Assembly: GCF_018977255.1 (NCBI RefSeq)
Contig: NW_024704742.1
Location: 60,824,001 to 60,888,000, forward strand
DNA length: 64,000 nt
Origin: Callorhinchus milii
Taxonomy: Eukaryota
Direction of reading: 5' to 3'
Shown here: positions 11,055 to 23,180 of the stretch, piece after piece
How the letters are laid out: each line of letters starts with the position of its first letter
Position numbering within the stretch: the first letter of the stretch is position 1
Notes under the pieces: generated by a model
What the model was told of the DNA's origin: nothing
What the model saw: only the letters and a program-made list of their open reading frames with translations
Database searches by the model: none
Translations under genes and position numbers: made by a program

Positions 11055-11840
11055 ACCAGCCTGGCTCAGATGATAGTTCTTGCCTCAGGATAAGAGGTTG
11101 TGGATTCAGGTTCTGTGATGGCCATTTGCAGCTCATAGAATAGGCTAACACTCCAACGCACCATTGGAGGAACACCGGATTATCACAGCTTACATTCTTT
11201 GGCTGACATGTTAAACTGAGATCCAATCTGTCCGTTCAGGCGGACATCAGGTGGAAAGCTCCTTGGGACATCCTCCAAACATGAAAAGTGTTTTGCAAAT
11301 GTAAATTTGTTTTTGATATTGTTGTTGTTAAAGATCCCATGGAACTTATTGAAATAAGAAGGGAGTTTCTGCTAATGCCTTGCCAACAATCCTCCAGTTT
11401 CGCCTAGAAATCCACTTTACAATATATTCTGTGAAGTGCTTTGAGATGTCTTAATGGCAAATTGCTATGCACAAATTGGATGCTGTGTTCTCCTACAATA
11501 ACACACTGCCTGAAAAGTATTGAAAGCATTTTCATGTGATAAGTCGTTATATCAAATAAATGTAAATGCAACGTAATTTGTTGTTGTTGTCTCAATGACA
11601 TAATAAGGCACTATATCAAATGTAAGGATTATTATTCAAAGTTCCGAGACGTTGCCTCTTGTGAAAGGTGCTATCTAAAAGCAAGTTGTTGATCTTGTTC
11701 GGTGACTGATAATTCATCTCCTGGGTATTTATGGGAAATTACTGTGCACAAATTGCACTCCTACAAAAACATGCTGCCTGAAAAGTATCAAAAGCATTTT
11801 CATGTGATCATGTGCTAAATCAAATACAATGATTATTAGA
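11055..11840 (+). mobile_element. Cluster: Deu-SINE interrupted by an L2 tail, followed by stacked SINE 3' ends
   Basis: Head CTGGCTCAG..AGGTTGTGGATTCAGG; core split between GGACAT (~11247) and AAAGATCCCATGG (11330) by CTTGGGACATCC...TTGTTGTTGTT; several ATCAAAT..GATTATT tails. Confidence 0.7.
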
Positions 11841-11879
11841 AAAAGCCTTCAGAGATATTCTGGAATATTTAAAGGTGAG

Positions 11880-12280
11880 CCCTAACTACCATAGGAAGGG
11901 GGTGAGTGGGAGTTGGGGTGGGGGGGTGACCATAGGCAAGGTTGAGGGCAGGAATTCTAGAGGTTGCGGGTGGTTGAGTAGTGAATGTAGACTCAACTGT
12001 TGAGGGGGCAGTGATTGTGCAGCAGGCCTGAATAGAAGGGGAAGGGGGAAGAGTGAGACTGGAGAAGATCAAATATGAAGTGTGAAGATCAATTTTGAGG
12101 AAGGGATTTGCAGCTGAGGGTGAGGATCTTGAAGTTGATTGCCAGGAGCCAGGGAGTCAATGGCTCATGGCGAGAACAGCCGTGATGGGCATATGAAATT
12201 ACATGCAGGTAAGAATTCAGACAGCAAAGTTTTTGATGATCTGGAGTTTGCAGATAAGGGAGGAAAGAGCTGAGGATTAA
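11880..12280 (-). mobile_element. Degenerate L2 3' fragment
   Basis: GAGGGTGAGGATCTTGAAG (antisense of FKILTL), GATGATCTGGAGTTTG, G-rich antisense 3'UTR. Confidence 0.65.
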
Positions 12281-13269
12281 CCTAAATGCAAAGACTGCAC
12301 ATTGGCTCAGTGAGACAATGGAGATAGGATAGACTAATTGTATAATAATGAATAGAATTAATACAAAAGTGCATTGTATTATTTTTATTCCCAGTTAGGC
12401 CAAAAAATAACATACATCGTATTCAGCATTGATATCAATTCTGTGTACTTTGGCAATAGATTCTTTCTGTGGGGATCAACACTCCAGTGTTATCAAGGCA
12501 ATGATTTCTTCACTTCTTCAAACAAACTAAACATGTCAGAAGTAATGAATTATTGTTGCCAACTGAACAATGTTTAAACACAGACACGTCTGGGGAGCAT
12601 TATGAGCAGTGTCAACTCCTGAACAGACAAGGACAATTTGATTTCCAGAGCTGTATATTTCAAACTTGACCAACAGATCATACAATGTCAAATTTCTCTT
12701 GGCTGCAACATAATCATATTCTCCACAATCTCAATACAATATGATTTTGGCATGTATATCAGTAACATGATGAACCCACAATTCATTGGTGGCACCACTA
12801 AACTCATCATGCATGATTTTCCTTCAAGCTGGAGTAGTAGGTTGCTTTTCAGCCAAAATAAATTGGGACTACCACTGTGATCTAATTTCAACTAATTAAA
12901 TCCTGGGTCAGAGACTCAGGGAACGTGATGGTTGGTCTACCAGAGAGCATATGTATGCTTTAATTCCAACATTTGTAAAGGCGTAACTACTTAAATCTTG
13001 GGCGTATCCCCAATATAATAATATATCAGTTGGAATAATCCAGCTGGGTATCTGAAGGCTTATGAATGCTCATAGGAATCTTTGTTTTGGCAGACATTTT
13101 CTGGCATTGTTCATACTCTAGACTTTCAGCTAAAGACCTGAAAATCTTTTTAGTTAAGTTGAAAAAGAGTAATATAATAACAATAGTAATCCTTTCATTT
13201 GATATAGTGTCTTTCACATTGAGATGATGTCTTCACAGGATTTACATAGACTTGCATAGACTGTACAGC

Positions 13270-15537
13270 CACACCAACTGCCCCATTCTCCACTACCGCC
13301 ACAAGCCACCCCAGACCCAGACCCTGGGGGCTAACCTCTCCTCCCTCATCTGCATCCCCACCCTCCCTGCCAACCAATCCACTACCCTCTCCCATCCCAC
13401 ACATCCCCCTGCCAACTGTCCATTCCAGATTGGCCTTCAAAACGTCCGCTCCATCTCCAACAAGACCTTGGCCATCAATGAACTTATCCTCGATGAGAAC
13501 ATTGACAATATGGCCCTTACTGAAACCTGGATCACCCCACTGAGGCCATACTACACGGCTACACCTACCACCATGCCCTAAGCCCCAACCATCGTGGTGG
13601 TGGTGTGGTCCTCATCTCCAGGGTGTCACTTGCTTTATCCCCCTACTCCACCGGCTCATTCCCCTCTTTCGAACACCTTACCCTCTGCCATCCCTTCCAC
13701 CTCTCTCTAAAAATCCTCCTAGTTTACCGCCCCACAAAATACTCCCCAACCTTCACCTCTGACATCTCCACCCTCCTAGCTTCCCTCTGCCTCTACTCCA
13801 ACTGCCTCATCATCCTAGGCAACTTCACCCCTTCCTGCTCCACCTCCTCAGACTTCTCTCTCCTCTCCTCTCTCAATCTCTCCCTCCACATTCACTCTTC
13901 TACCCACACCTACAGTCACCCGCTCGACCTGGTGATCACCCGGGGCCTCAGTGTCTCGGATGTCACCGTTACTGACAAAGGTCATCTCTGACCACTGTTT
14001 CATCTCCCTCAACTCCCATATTACTCTCCCCACTGTCTCCAAACCTACCACCATCTTCTACCACACGTGGAAGAAGATCTCCCCGCAGTCCCTCTTCGCT
14101 GCCCTGGAGTCCTCTGAACTCCTTCTCCTCTGGCCCGCCTCTCACACCAACCCACTCGCTGGCTTACTGTTCTCCACAGCACCCTCTCCACCACACTCGA
14201 CGCCCTTGCCCCCCTCACCTCCCGAACTGCCTCCTATTCCCGATACCCACCCTGGTTCACTGGCCACCTCCACTCGCTTAAGGACCAGGTGCAGACTGCT
14301 GAACACACTTGACTAAAATCCAGCCTAACGGTCCACCGGCACATCCGGCTGGACCTCATCAAAACCTACAGCTCCACTCAATCCTCCTCCACCGCCTCTC
14401 CTCCCACCTCAACCTTCAAGGTTCTGTCCTTAACTTGTTCGGGTCCTACCTTCCACACCGCCTCCACTTCATCACAGCAAACGGCTTCTCCTCCAGCCCC
14501 CGCATGGTCTCGTGCAGTGTTCCTCAGGGCTCTGTCCTCGGTCCTCTCCTCTTCGCCTTCTACATGCTCCCCCCCCGCAGACATGGGGTAAATATCTACA
14601 TATATGTGGATGACACCCAAATCTATCTCTCTGCCTCCACCTTCAACTTCAGGACTACTGGTGTCCTGACCGACTCCCTGGACTAGGGACAACTTTCTCC
14701 AACTCAACCTCAGCAAGGCTGAGGCCCTCCTAATTGGCTCGGGCCAGCGCCTCCGCACCATGGGCGCTGGCAGCATCAGCTGCTATGGCTGCACATTCAA
14801 CCTCACTAAGCCAGTCAGGAACCTGGGTATCTTGTTTGATCCTGAACTGTCCTTTCGTGCCATGACTGGCACTGCCAAGCACCACCTCCGACACTGCCTC
14901 ACACCTCAGGCTGCTGAAACCCTCACCCACGCATTCAACACATCAAGGCTCGATTATGGGAACTCCCTCCTCATTGGCTTTCCCAACTCTTCCCTTCACA
15001 AGCTGCAGATCATCCAAATCTCTGCAGCTCGTGTACTCTCACGCACCAGGCTCCGCGACCCCATCACTCCCACCCTCGCTCGACTCCACTGGTTCCCATC
15101 CCCCAGAGGATCGAGTTCAAGATCCTCATCCTCACTTTCAAGGCTATCCATGGCCTTGCCCCCTCCTACCTCTCTGACCTGCTGACTTCCTACCAACCTG
15201 CCCGCTCCCTCCGTTCAGCAGGCTCCGACCTGTTCCATGTCTCCCGCATGACTTGCCCTACCATCGGTGGCTGAGATTTCAGCCTCTCTGCCCCCACACT
15301 GTGAAACTCCATCCCACGGTCCCTTTGCCTCGCTTCCTCCCTTGCCTCCTTCAAGGCCGGTCTCAAGACCCTTCTCTTAGATCATGCCTTTGGTCACCCT
15401 CCCGCCTCTTTGCCTTCCCGCATCCCTACACCACCCCTCTCTTATTTTCGGGTCCCTAAACCTGACTGTTCAGCACCTTGAGACGTCCTCCCGCCATGAA
15501 AGGTGCTCTATAAATGTAATTTTGTTGTAGTTGTTGT
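13270..15537 (+). mobile_element. L2 LINE with APE endonuclease and RT C-half, internally deleted, frameshifted
   Basis: APE motifs GLQNVRSISNK, ALTETW, HPLDLVITRG, ISDH; RT motifs VPQGSVLGPLLF, YVDDTQIY; SRLDYGNSLL; L2 stem-loop and (TTG)n tail. Confidence 0.93.
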
Positions 15538-16574
15538 ACAGCTTGGAAACAGGCCACTAGGTCCAACTAGCTTAGGAAATATGCAAAGTATTATTATTGA
15601 TTTCCTTGAGTTTTGTAAAATATCATCTCTTTCGCTTGTGACAGATTTCAATATCTGCATATAGTGTATTGCTCTGGTGCATGCTTGGAGACAATAGCTG
15701 GGAGCGCTATTTTGGATCTAATGATTTATTGCTCCAGCTGCATTTTATTGGAGTTTATCCTGGAAACAACAGGAAAGAACCAGCCGTCTGATCTGTTAAA
15801 ACTGTAAAGCAACATTTGTTTGATAATTTTATTCTGCTGGAGGGTGCTGCTCAACACAATGTTGGTTTTGAGCATGTAGTTCTAACAGGTTAATCCACAA
15901 CCACATCTGAAGTAACAATTTCCACAGCTCATAGGCTCTGTTCATTTAACAATTTCCAGTTCCTCTTCCCAAAGCTATATAGAATCTCTTCAAGTTCAAA
16001 TTAGTACGGACATGGTCCTTTCCAAAACCCAAGTTTGATAGTGAGCAGATATCTAGGCTTTGGAGTAGTTGTAAAAACACCCATATTCCAAATGCTACAC
16101 TTGCATGTGAGTACGCAAAGAGTCCAAAATATACCAAGTTTATTTCTGCCACTAAAACTGCCAAATGAAGTAGCACAACAACAAGGTAAGAAACTTTGGC
16201 CATTTAGCCATGGACTATATTGCTGAAAAGTATGCAATTCTGAACAAACCATAGACTTGACAGTAGACTGCACGAAGACTGAAAATGTAAGAATGTACAA
16301 CTCTAGCCAACGATGGACAAAATAGGGGAAGGGTTTAGATTTCAAGGGAGAAAGTCCTTTGTAGTTGATATTCTAATCATGTTGGCTATGTTTCCCTTTG
16401 ATCCTTCAGTGTTTGTACAGTTTAATCCTCTTGAAACATTTTGTGGAATGTAGAATTTGTATAACATCCAAAATAAAAAGTACAGAATTGCAACTAATTA
16501 GTTTAATTCAAGAATACTATGATTCAACACATTTCATGTTTGATGCACATCACAAATTTTTACTTCATAAAATT

Positions 16575-16900
16575 ATAATCCTTGCATTTGATTTAGTGCC
16601 TTACCACATCATCAAGACCTCTCAAAGCGCTTCACAGGATTTTACAGGACACCAGGAGAAACTCCTGTCTTTTTTCAACTAGTGTCATGGGATCTTAAAA
16701 GTTTACGTGAACAGGCCTATTGGGACCTCAATTTAACATATCATCTGAAGGATGGCATTTCCAACAATGCAGCAAACCCCCAGCACTGCACTGGAGTGTC
16801 AGCCTAGGCTGTGAATTCAAAGTCCTCATGTGGGGCTTGAACTCACAACCTTCTGACTTAGAGACAAGAGTGCTACGAACTGCGCCAGTCTGACACACAA
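16575..16900 (-). mobile_element. Deu-domain SINE with head, core and tail (internally shortened)
   Basis: Reverse complement reads GTGTCAGACTGGCGCAGTTCGTAGCACTCTTG..AGAAGGTTGTGAGTTCAAGCCCC..GCTGACACTCCAGTGCAGTGCTG..AAGATCCCATGACACTA. Confidence 0.85.
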
Positions 16901-17888
16901 GATACTGTAGTGAGAAACATTCCAGTTGTCATATATGCCAGGGCTGCTGGAACCTTCTTCCTGTACAAATAAGCCTCTATTCCGGAATTATGTCTTTGTG
17001 TACACATTCAATTCTGTCTGAGCCTGATGTGCGTACAATATGTAGAAGATATCTCCAGAAGTTTTCACCATGGTACCTGCTGATTGATTGTTTTATTGGT
17101 AGAATCTCTTGTATACGTGGACATGCTCTTTTAATGCATGCTTACGGCAGAGACATGGCTTTGTAATCTGCTGAAAAACAATCTCCAAAGTATGATATAA
17201 GAGTCTCCTCTCCTCTCTCTCTCCCTGTCTTGTCCGAAATCCCTTGAAACCACATGAAGGAGACCAGGACAGTCTCAACATTGATGACTGCATGATGTGA
17301 GGAAGCTTAGCACATCACAGACAAGAGGAAATCTTTCAAAGTCAGCCTTTTCTCTGCAGTTTGTAAGTTTGTCAGTGATGGATTACCTGCATGATAAATG
17401 CTTGTGATCACCAACAGCACATATAGCTCTCTTAACAGAAGCAATGCTTAGTCTAAAGCATGGATGTCAGGGAATTGATGACTCCATCATATCGATATGA
17501 CAAATTGAAAATTTCCATGTAAGTAATTGTTCCTTCAGCACTGTTACCACAGGAGAAATGCATGAGTCACAGAAATGTTTTGGATTGGCCAGGTGTCTGA
17601 CACATGCAAAAAGCCTTCGTTCTCAGAAATTCTCTTATGAAATCCCTCTGCCTCATCCCCTCTCTCTGCCTTAAACCCTATCTCTTAGACTGCATCTTTA
17701 ACCACCTTCTGCAAATCTCCCTCCTAGCTTGAGCTCCAACTCATGTTTGTAAAGCACTTGATAATTTCTCTAATTGAAACATATTATATAAAATACATTC
17801 TCCCACAAAACACAGTCACTACACTTTACAGTATATCCTGTGAAGCGTTTGAGTTGTCTGCCCAACGTGAAAGGATTATTATTATACA

Positions 17889-18210
17889 GTGGAGTCCTGT
17901 AGCTCAGTGGTTAGAGCACTCGCTTTGCAAGTGAGAGACCTGAGTTCAATTCCGGGCAGGACAAAACCTTGGGCAAGTTTCCTTACTCCACACGCCTAAT
18001 AATAATCCCTCCAAAAAACAAAAACAATAATAAATTGGTCATTTTCAATCCACGACAGTTTGTGGGACATTGCTGTGCGCAATTGGCTGCCGCGTTCGCC
18101 CACAAATATACAGTCAATTCACTTTACAGTATATTCTGTGAAGCGCTTTGGGATGTCTAGAAGACGTGAAAAGCACTATATCAAATGCAAGGATTATTAT
18201 TATTATTATT
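17889..18210 (+). mobile_element. Young tRNA-headed SINE, full length, with 16-bp TSD
   Basis: A box TAGCTCAGTGG, B box GAGTTCAATTC, 3' Deu-like body, L2-like stem-loop, (TTA)n; AAGGATTATTATTATA at 17871-17886 and 18211-18226. Confidence 0.95.
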
Positions 18211-19342
18211 AAGGATTATTATTATAAGTACAAAATACCAAAAAACCCAGCCAACAATGTTAAGCACTTTAAAACATCCTCCTGGCATGAAAGGTGTTAT
18301 ATAAATGTAAACTGCTGCTGTTATTGTTGCGCAAGTATAATAGGCACATTTTTTTGGTCAAAAAAAAGGACATTGCAATAACATTCAATCAAATATTTTT
18401 CTGATGGGATATCACTTCAGTTGGTTTATGTTTCTGTAAGAATGTCTCTGTTATTAGTGCCAGCTCTGCAATTCCTGGTTCAGGGTATTGGAGTCCTTTC
18501 CAGTGCTGGCAGGGCAAGGATCAATTTGTTAAGGTCACACTAGAAACAGGCTATTTGGCCCACCAGCTCTGCAATGCTGATGTTCTTCTGTAAAGTCCAG
18601 CTGAATGCCATTTGGACACCCTGACATGAAATACACTATGGCAATTTTATCCTACATACTGAAGGCATCAGCAGAGCAGAAGGCATGAAACACCAAATGA
18701 AATTTTGGACTACAATATGTAAAATCCCATTAATAATGTTTTTTCTAGGATAAAGCTCCGCCCACACTCCTCCTCACATTATGTCAAACAATCCATCACT
18801 TTTCCTTGGAGAGCCTTTGATCTGAAGTGTTTCTTATGGAAAAGACTCCCCTCCCTTCTTCCTCTCATTCGCATTAATCTAACCCAAGCTGTCGAATCCT
18901 CTGAAACAGCAGCAGTTTCTCCCATTGTGAAGCTCTGTAAAAATAGCTGCTGAGCCATATCAATCCTTTTTGCACCACAGATGAGTTTATTTTAGGAGCC
19001 ATCAACGAGTATATTGATCAGTTATTACCCCCTTCCTGTTTGGATGTTGAAATAATGCATTAAATATTGACTTGGCGGCACTTCCAAAATGGAGTCTAAT
19101 TTGTTGTTTGGGAAAATTTGCGACTGGGGTTAATTGTGTGCAAATGTAGGTGTTCAAAATAAATTGATTTTGTAATTAACACCAAAGTAATGTATTCCAG
19201 AAGATTTTGCAATTCTTTCATTGGTTGTCAAAGATATAACTATGGGAACCTGTTATTCCCAGATCCTGACATATACATTTATGTACTGTAAAAGCAAATT
19301 TTCAATTTTGCATGTGGGTTAAATTAATTTAACGTGTAATGT

Positions 19343-19495
19343 GGTCCTAGTTAGGTGAGCAGTGATGCTTGCCAGTGTTTGCAATGGAGAGCTGCAAGAA
19401 TTTAGCTGGTTGAACTCCAGCAATGGAATCCCACCAAGCCTTGGGTCTTGCCAACATGTGCCTCAATTCTCTGGGATAAGGTGATCAGAGTGCAA
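19343..19495. repeat. Unclassified interspersed repeat, internal fragment (opposite orientation to copy 1)
   Basis: Reverse complement: GTTGGCAAGACCCAAGGCTTGG..TTGCTGGAGTTCAACCAGCTAAA..CTGGCAAGCATCACTGCT..CTAGGACC. Confidence 0.75.
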
Positions 19496-19584
19496 TGTTA
19501 CTTAAATCCAGAAAACCTGATTCAACCAACCTGTTAATTTTGCACATGGATTAAAATTACTGGCGAATAAAACTCCATTGTCTT

Positions 19585-19890
19585 TATAATAATAATAATC
19601 CTTGCATTTAATATAGCACGTTATCATGTGTATTTTGTGGGCGAAATGTGGCAACAGGTTGTGCACAGCAATGTCCCACCAACAGTCATGGAGTGAGTGA
19701 CCAATTTTATTTGGTGGGATTTGTTGGCCAGGACACCAGGAGAACCTCCCTTCTCTTTTTGAATAGTCCCATGGGATCTTTAACATCCACCTGAACACGG
19801 TAGATGAGACCTCGGTTTAACCTTTCATTCAAAGGACGGCACGTCCGGCAATGAACACAACCCCATTGGAGTGTCATCTTAGCCTATGTG
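19585..19890 (-). mobile_element. Deu-domain SINE (old)
   Basis: CCATGGGATCTTTAACATCCACCTGAAC..CCTCGGTTTAAC..AAGGACGGCAC; AATAATAATCCTTGCATTT tail. Confidence 0.85.
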
Positions 19891-20389
19891 ATTTAACATA
19901 TAGGGTAGTCCACCTTGGACAAGTATTAAGCTGTATAGTTATCATCCTCAAGCTGCCTAAAACTGGCATGTCAATTAAATAAGTAAACTTTAAATAAAAG
20001 CTTGTTACAATTCCATTTTTTTAAATGATTCCCGCGCTTTTCTGCAACCCAAATTCAAAGACTATGAAACAATATAAGATTGGTATACAACTGTGCTAGC
20101 ATCATTACTCTATGTATTTGGCTGTTTGTGGATTCAAGGCACATTTGAAGTGTCTAGGGGATAGGAGGGGGGGAAGGAATCTTTTATTTTCGAATGAAAA
20201 GAAAGCAGAAAAAAGAGAAAAGGAAAATAAGCCTTGCACTGAGCACTGTGAGCGTATTTGGCAGAGAGACTGACAGGTTACCTCTAGAATCTGACTGTAG
20301 TGTGGGATGATGACATCCTGCTGTGATTGTAGGCTGCATCTTCCAAGACTTTGTTTATTTTAATTGGAAGTATCATGATTGGACTGGCT

Positions 20390-20810
20390 CTCCAACAATT
20401 TCTCTTGGCTTCTGGTGCGTAACCTTCAAAGTACAGAGAGTGACTGTAGAGATCACAGGAAAGATTTGGATGAAGGAAGCCTTTCAGCCCATTTGATCTC
20501 ATTATTCCACAACACCTACCTTCCCATCTCCCCATGACAGCATCAAACTTTTTAACCAAGTCCCAGTGTCAAGCTACTATTCACCTTCTGTGTGAAGAAA
20601 CAGTTCCCACCGATTTTAACCTTCAAAATCCTAAACCCGTGCCCTCTTGTCCTCTTGTCTTGGCGTATCTGAATTTTATTCTGGGTTTGATTTATTTATC
20701 TGGGCTTAATTTCTTTATCCAACTCACATCTTACATTACTTCTTACATAACTCCATTAGATCCCCCCCAAATGTCTTTTTTTCCCTGACTTAGATCCCTA
20801 ACTTATCTAA
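20390..20810 (-). mobile_element. Degenerate CR1 3' fragment
   Basis: GAAGCCTTTCAGCCCAT, ACAGCATCAAAC, GTGCCCTCTTGTCCT; CR1 3' architecture. Confidence 0.55.
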
Positions 20811-20824
20811 GTGTAATTTTGAAG

Positions 20825-21100
20825 GCTTTGATATAGCACCTTTCATATCAGGAAGTCATCTCAAAGTGCTTAACAGGATACAGCGGAAAGGGTTCTAACT
20901 GTATTTTGTGGATGAATGCACCAGCCAATTTGCACACAACAAAGTTCCACAAACAGCCATGAAGTAAATTATCTATTTTTGTCTGGGGAGATTGTTGGCC
21001 GAACTCTCTTCTCTTTAAGAATAGTGCCATGGGATCTTTAATGCCCAACTGAATAAGCAGATGGAAGCTTGGTTCATGATCTCATCATTGCTAATGACAC
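20825..21100 (-). mobile_element. Deu-domain SINE (old)
   Basis: ATAGTGCCATGGGATCTTTAA; CAGCCAATTTGCACAC. Confidence 0.8.
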
Positions 21101-21674
21101 ATCCATTAATGACGAAAATTATGATAAATTGAAAAAAATAGCAAAACCCCCTCCCCAGTGCGTATTGTTCCTCTTTCTGTCCCGTGAAGTCCACTCTGCC
21201 TTTATCATTTAAGTAATTGTGTTTGAGTTGTGTAAATTATTAGAAAAATATATTGCCACCAGACCTTAAAAATGGATGTTATTATTTTATGTTTTCTTCT
21301 GTCGTGCCAGGGCAATGAAAATACATTCAGCCACATTGTGAGGGTTGAAACCATTTCAATTGTTTTTGGCACTAACTTAATTTGAATAATGTGTTTGTTG
21401 CAGATTCGTTTTTGTAATTGGACGTATCAGTACTTGGTTTAGTGCTTCCATATTTTGTTTTATACTTTTGCGGTAAAAACCTTGCCAGAAAAATAATTAC
21501 TTTGCACTGAATAGTCAGCTCAGAAAATGTCATCTGGAAAGACCCAGATGTGACTATTATTCTTCATTCGGCTGAGTACTAAAGTGACATCTCTAGCAAA
21601 TTTGGCATCCCAGAATCCACATTAAATCAACATTTTTAAAACTATTTTAATGAAGCTGCACTATAACAGGGATA

Positions 21675-22035
21675 CGAAGAATCATAGATTCTTACAGCAC
21701 AGAAGGAGGCCATTTGGCCCATCACTTCTCCCTCTTACCTCATAGCCCTGCAAATTTTCGTTTCAAATACCTATCCAATTCCCTTTTGAAAGCTATTATT
21801 TAATCTGATCCATCCCTTTCAAGCATTGCATTCCAGATATAATTCTCTGGGTAAAAAAATAAAAATAATATAATAATCCTTGCATTTGATAGAACGTCTT
21901 ATCATGTTGTTGAGACATCTCAAAGTGCTTCACAGAATATACTCTAAAGTGAATTGACAGTATATTTTTGGGGTGAAAATGTGGTGCCTAGAATTGGATA
22001 CAATACTCAAGCTGAGGCTTAATCAGTGATTTGTA
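21675..22035 (-). mobile_element. CR1 3' fragments with an inserted SINE tail (~21865-21980)
   Basis: ACAGCACAGAAGGAGGCCATTTGGCCCATC; AATACTCAAGCTGAGGC; SINE tail AATAATCCTTGCATTTGATA. Confidence 0.75.
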
Positions 22036-22739
22036 TGAAGTAAGATTCTGACAGTGGAGCACACACATAGAAGGAGATTACAGTGATAGAAAATGTATGT
22101 CTAAAAATCAGGCTCTGCAAAACTGAACTGTGGATCATTCAAGTCTAGACAATTCAGAAATTAAACTGAGCTGCGTATTAGAACTGGAAATATGTTAAAT
22201 TGAAGGCCTGGAGTATAGATAGTTTTTTTGTAGGCTTTACATTGATTCAAAACCAGTCAGAACCTTTTCTTTAAGCTTTCCATTAAAATGTGGTGACTGA
22301 ATCACACGATTAACGCTATGAAATGATGACTGTCAGGAGCAATGGAAAAATTCTGCTATTGTAATCTGGACACAGACCAAAACAGCAGCAAAGAACAAGA
22401 AAGAGAAAAAGTAACTGAAACAACAGCAGACATGCTGATGAAACAGAATAAAATGTGTCTTCCTGTACCAAGAATCACAGATAGATTCAATCTGCTTTCC
22501 TTTACCCAGCATTATAGATAGACCAGCAATTGAGCAACTTGGGACTCTCATCTTCCAAATTGGATCTGCCAATTTTCAAATCAATGATACACAACAGGCT
22601 CTATCCATTTACCATGAGTTGTAGCAAATCTTCAATTAGGTGTTATATTTGATCTGTGCCCAAATTTATTTTCTAAATTGCCTGATTATATATTTCAACT
22701 TTAATGATAGAGAACCATAGATTGCTCTTGAGCAAGCCA

Positions 22740-23180
22740 TCATGGACACAAGAAGACTGTTTGGCTTATCATATCCATGCCAGCTCCCTCAAGAGCAATC
22801 GTTACAGTCCCACTGATCTGCCCTTTCCCCATACTCTGCAGTTGATTCTTTTTAAAGAATCTGTCTAGTTCCCTCTTGAAGGCCAATATGGATTTTGCCT
22901 CAACTACTTCTTCTGGCTGGGCATTCTATCGCCTACCTACTCTATGCATGAAAATTTTCTATCCTCCCCTTGTGCTCGATTATTACCTATCTTAAATTGA
23001 TGCGCTCTAGTTACTGACTCACCAAATGGTGTAAATAATTTCTCCCTAATGACTTATCAAAACCACTCATAATTTTAAAGATCGCTAACAGGTCATCTCT
23101 TAATCTTCCTTGTTTCAGAAAAAAAAAGTCCCAGTTCCTCCAGTCTTTGCTCACAGGCCAAACCATTCATCCCTGGCTAT
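22740..23180 (-). mobile_element. CR1 3' fragment
   Basis: Shares CTAGTTCCCTCTTGAAGG..AATATGGATTTTGCCTCAACTAC with the copy at 31895-32460. Confidence 0.8.

Noticed and set aside
17894..17962. tRNA-Ala(TGC) gene (also at the heads of the 24427, 37915 and 49673 copies)
   Set aside because: Mispaired T-stem, only a 6-bp acceptor stem, no T-run terminator, and always fused to the SINE body and tail
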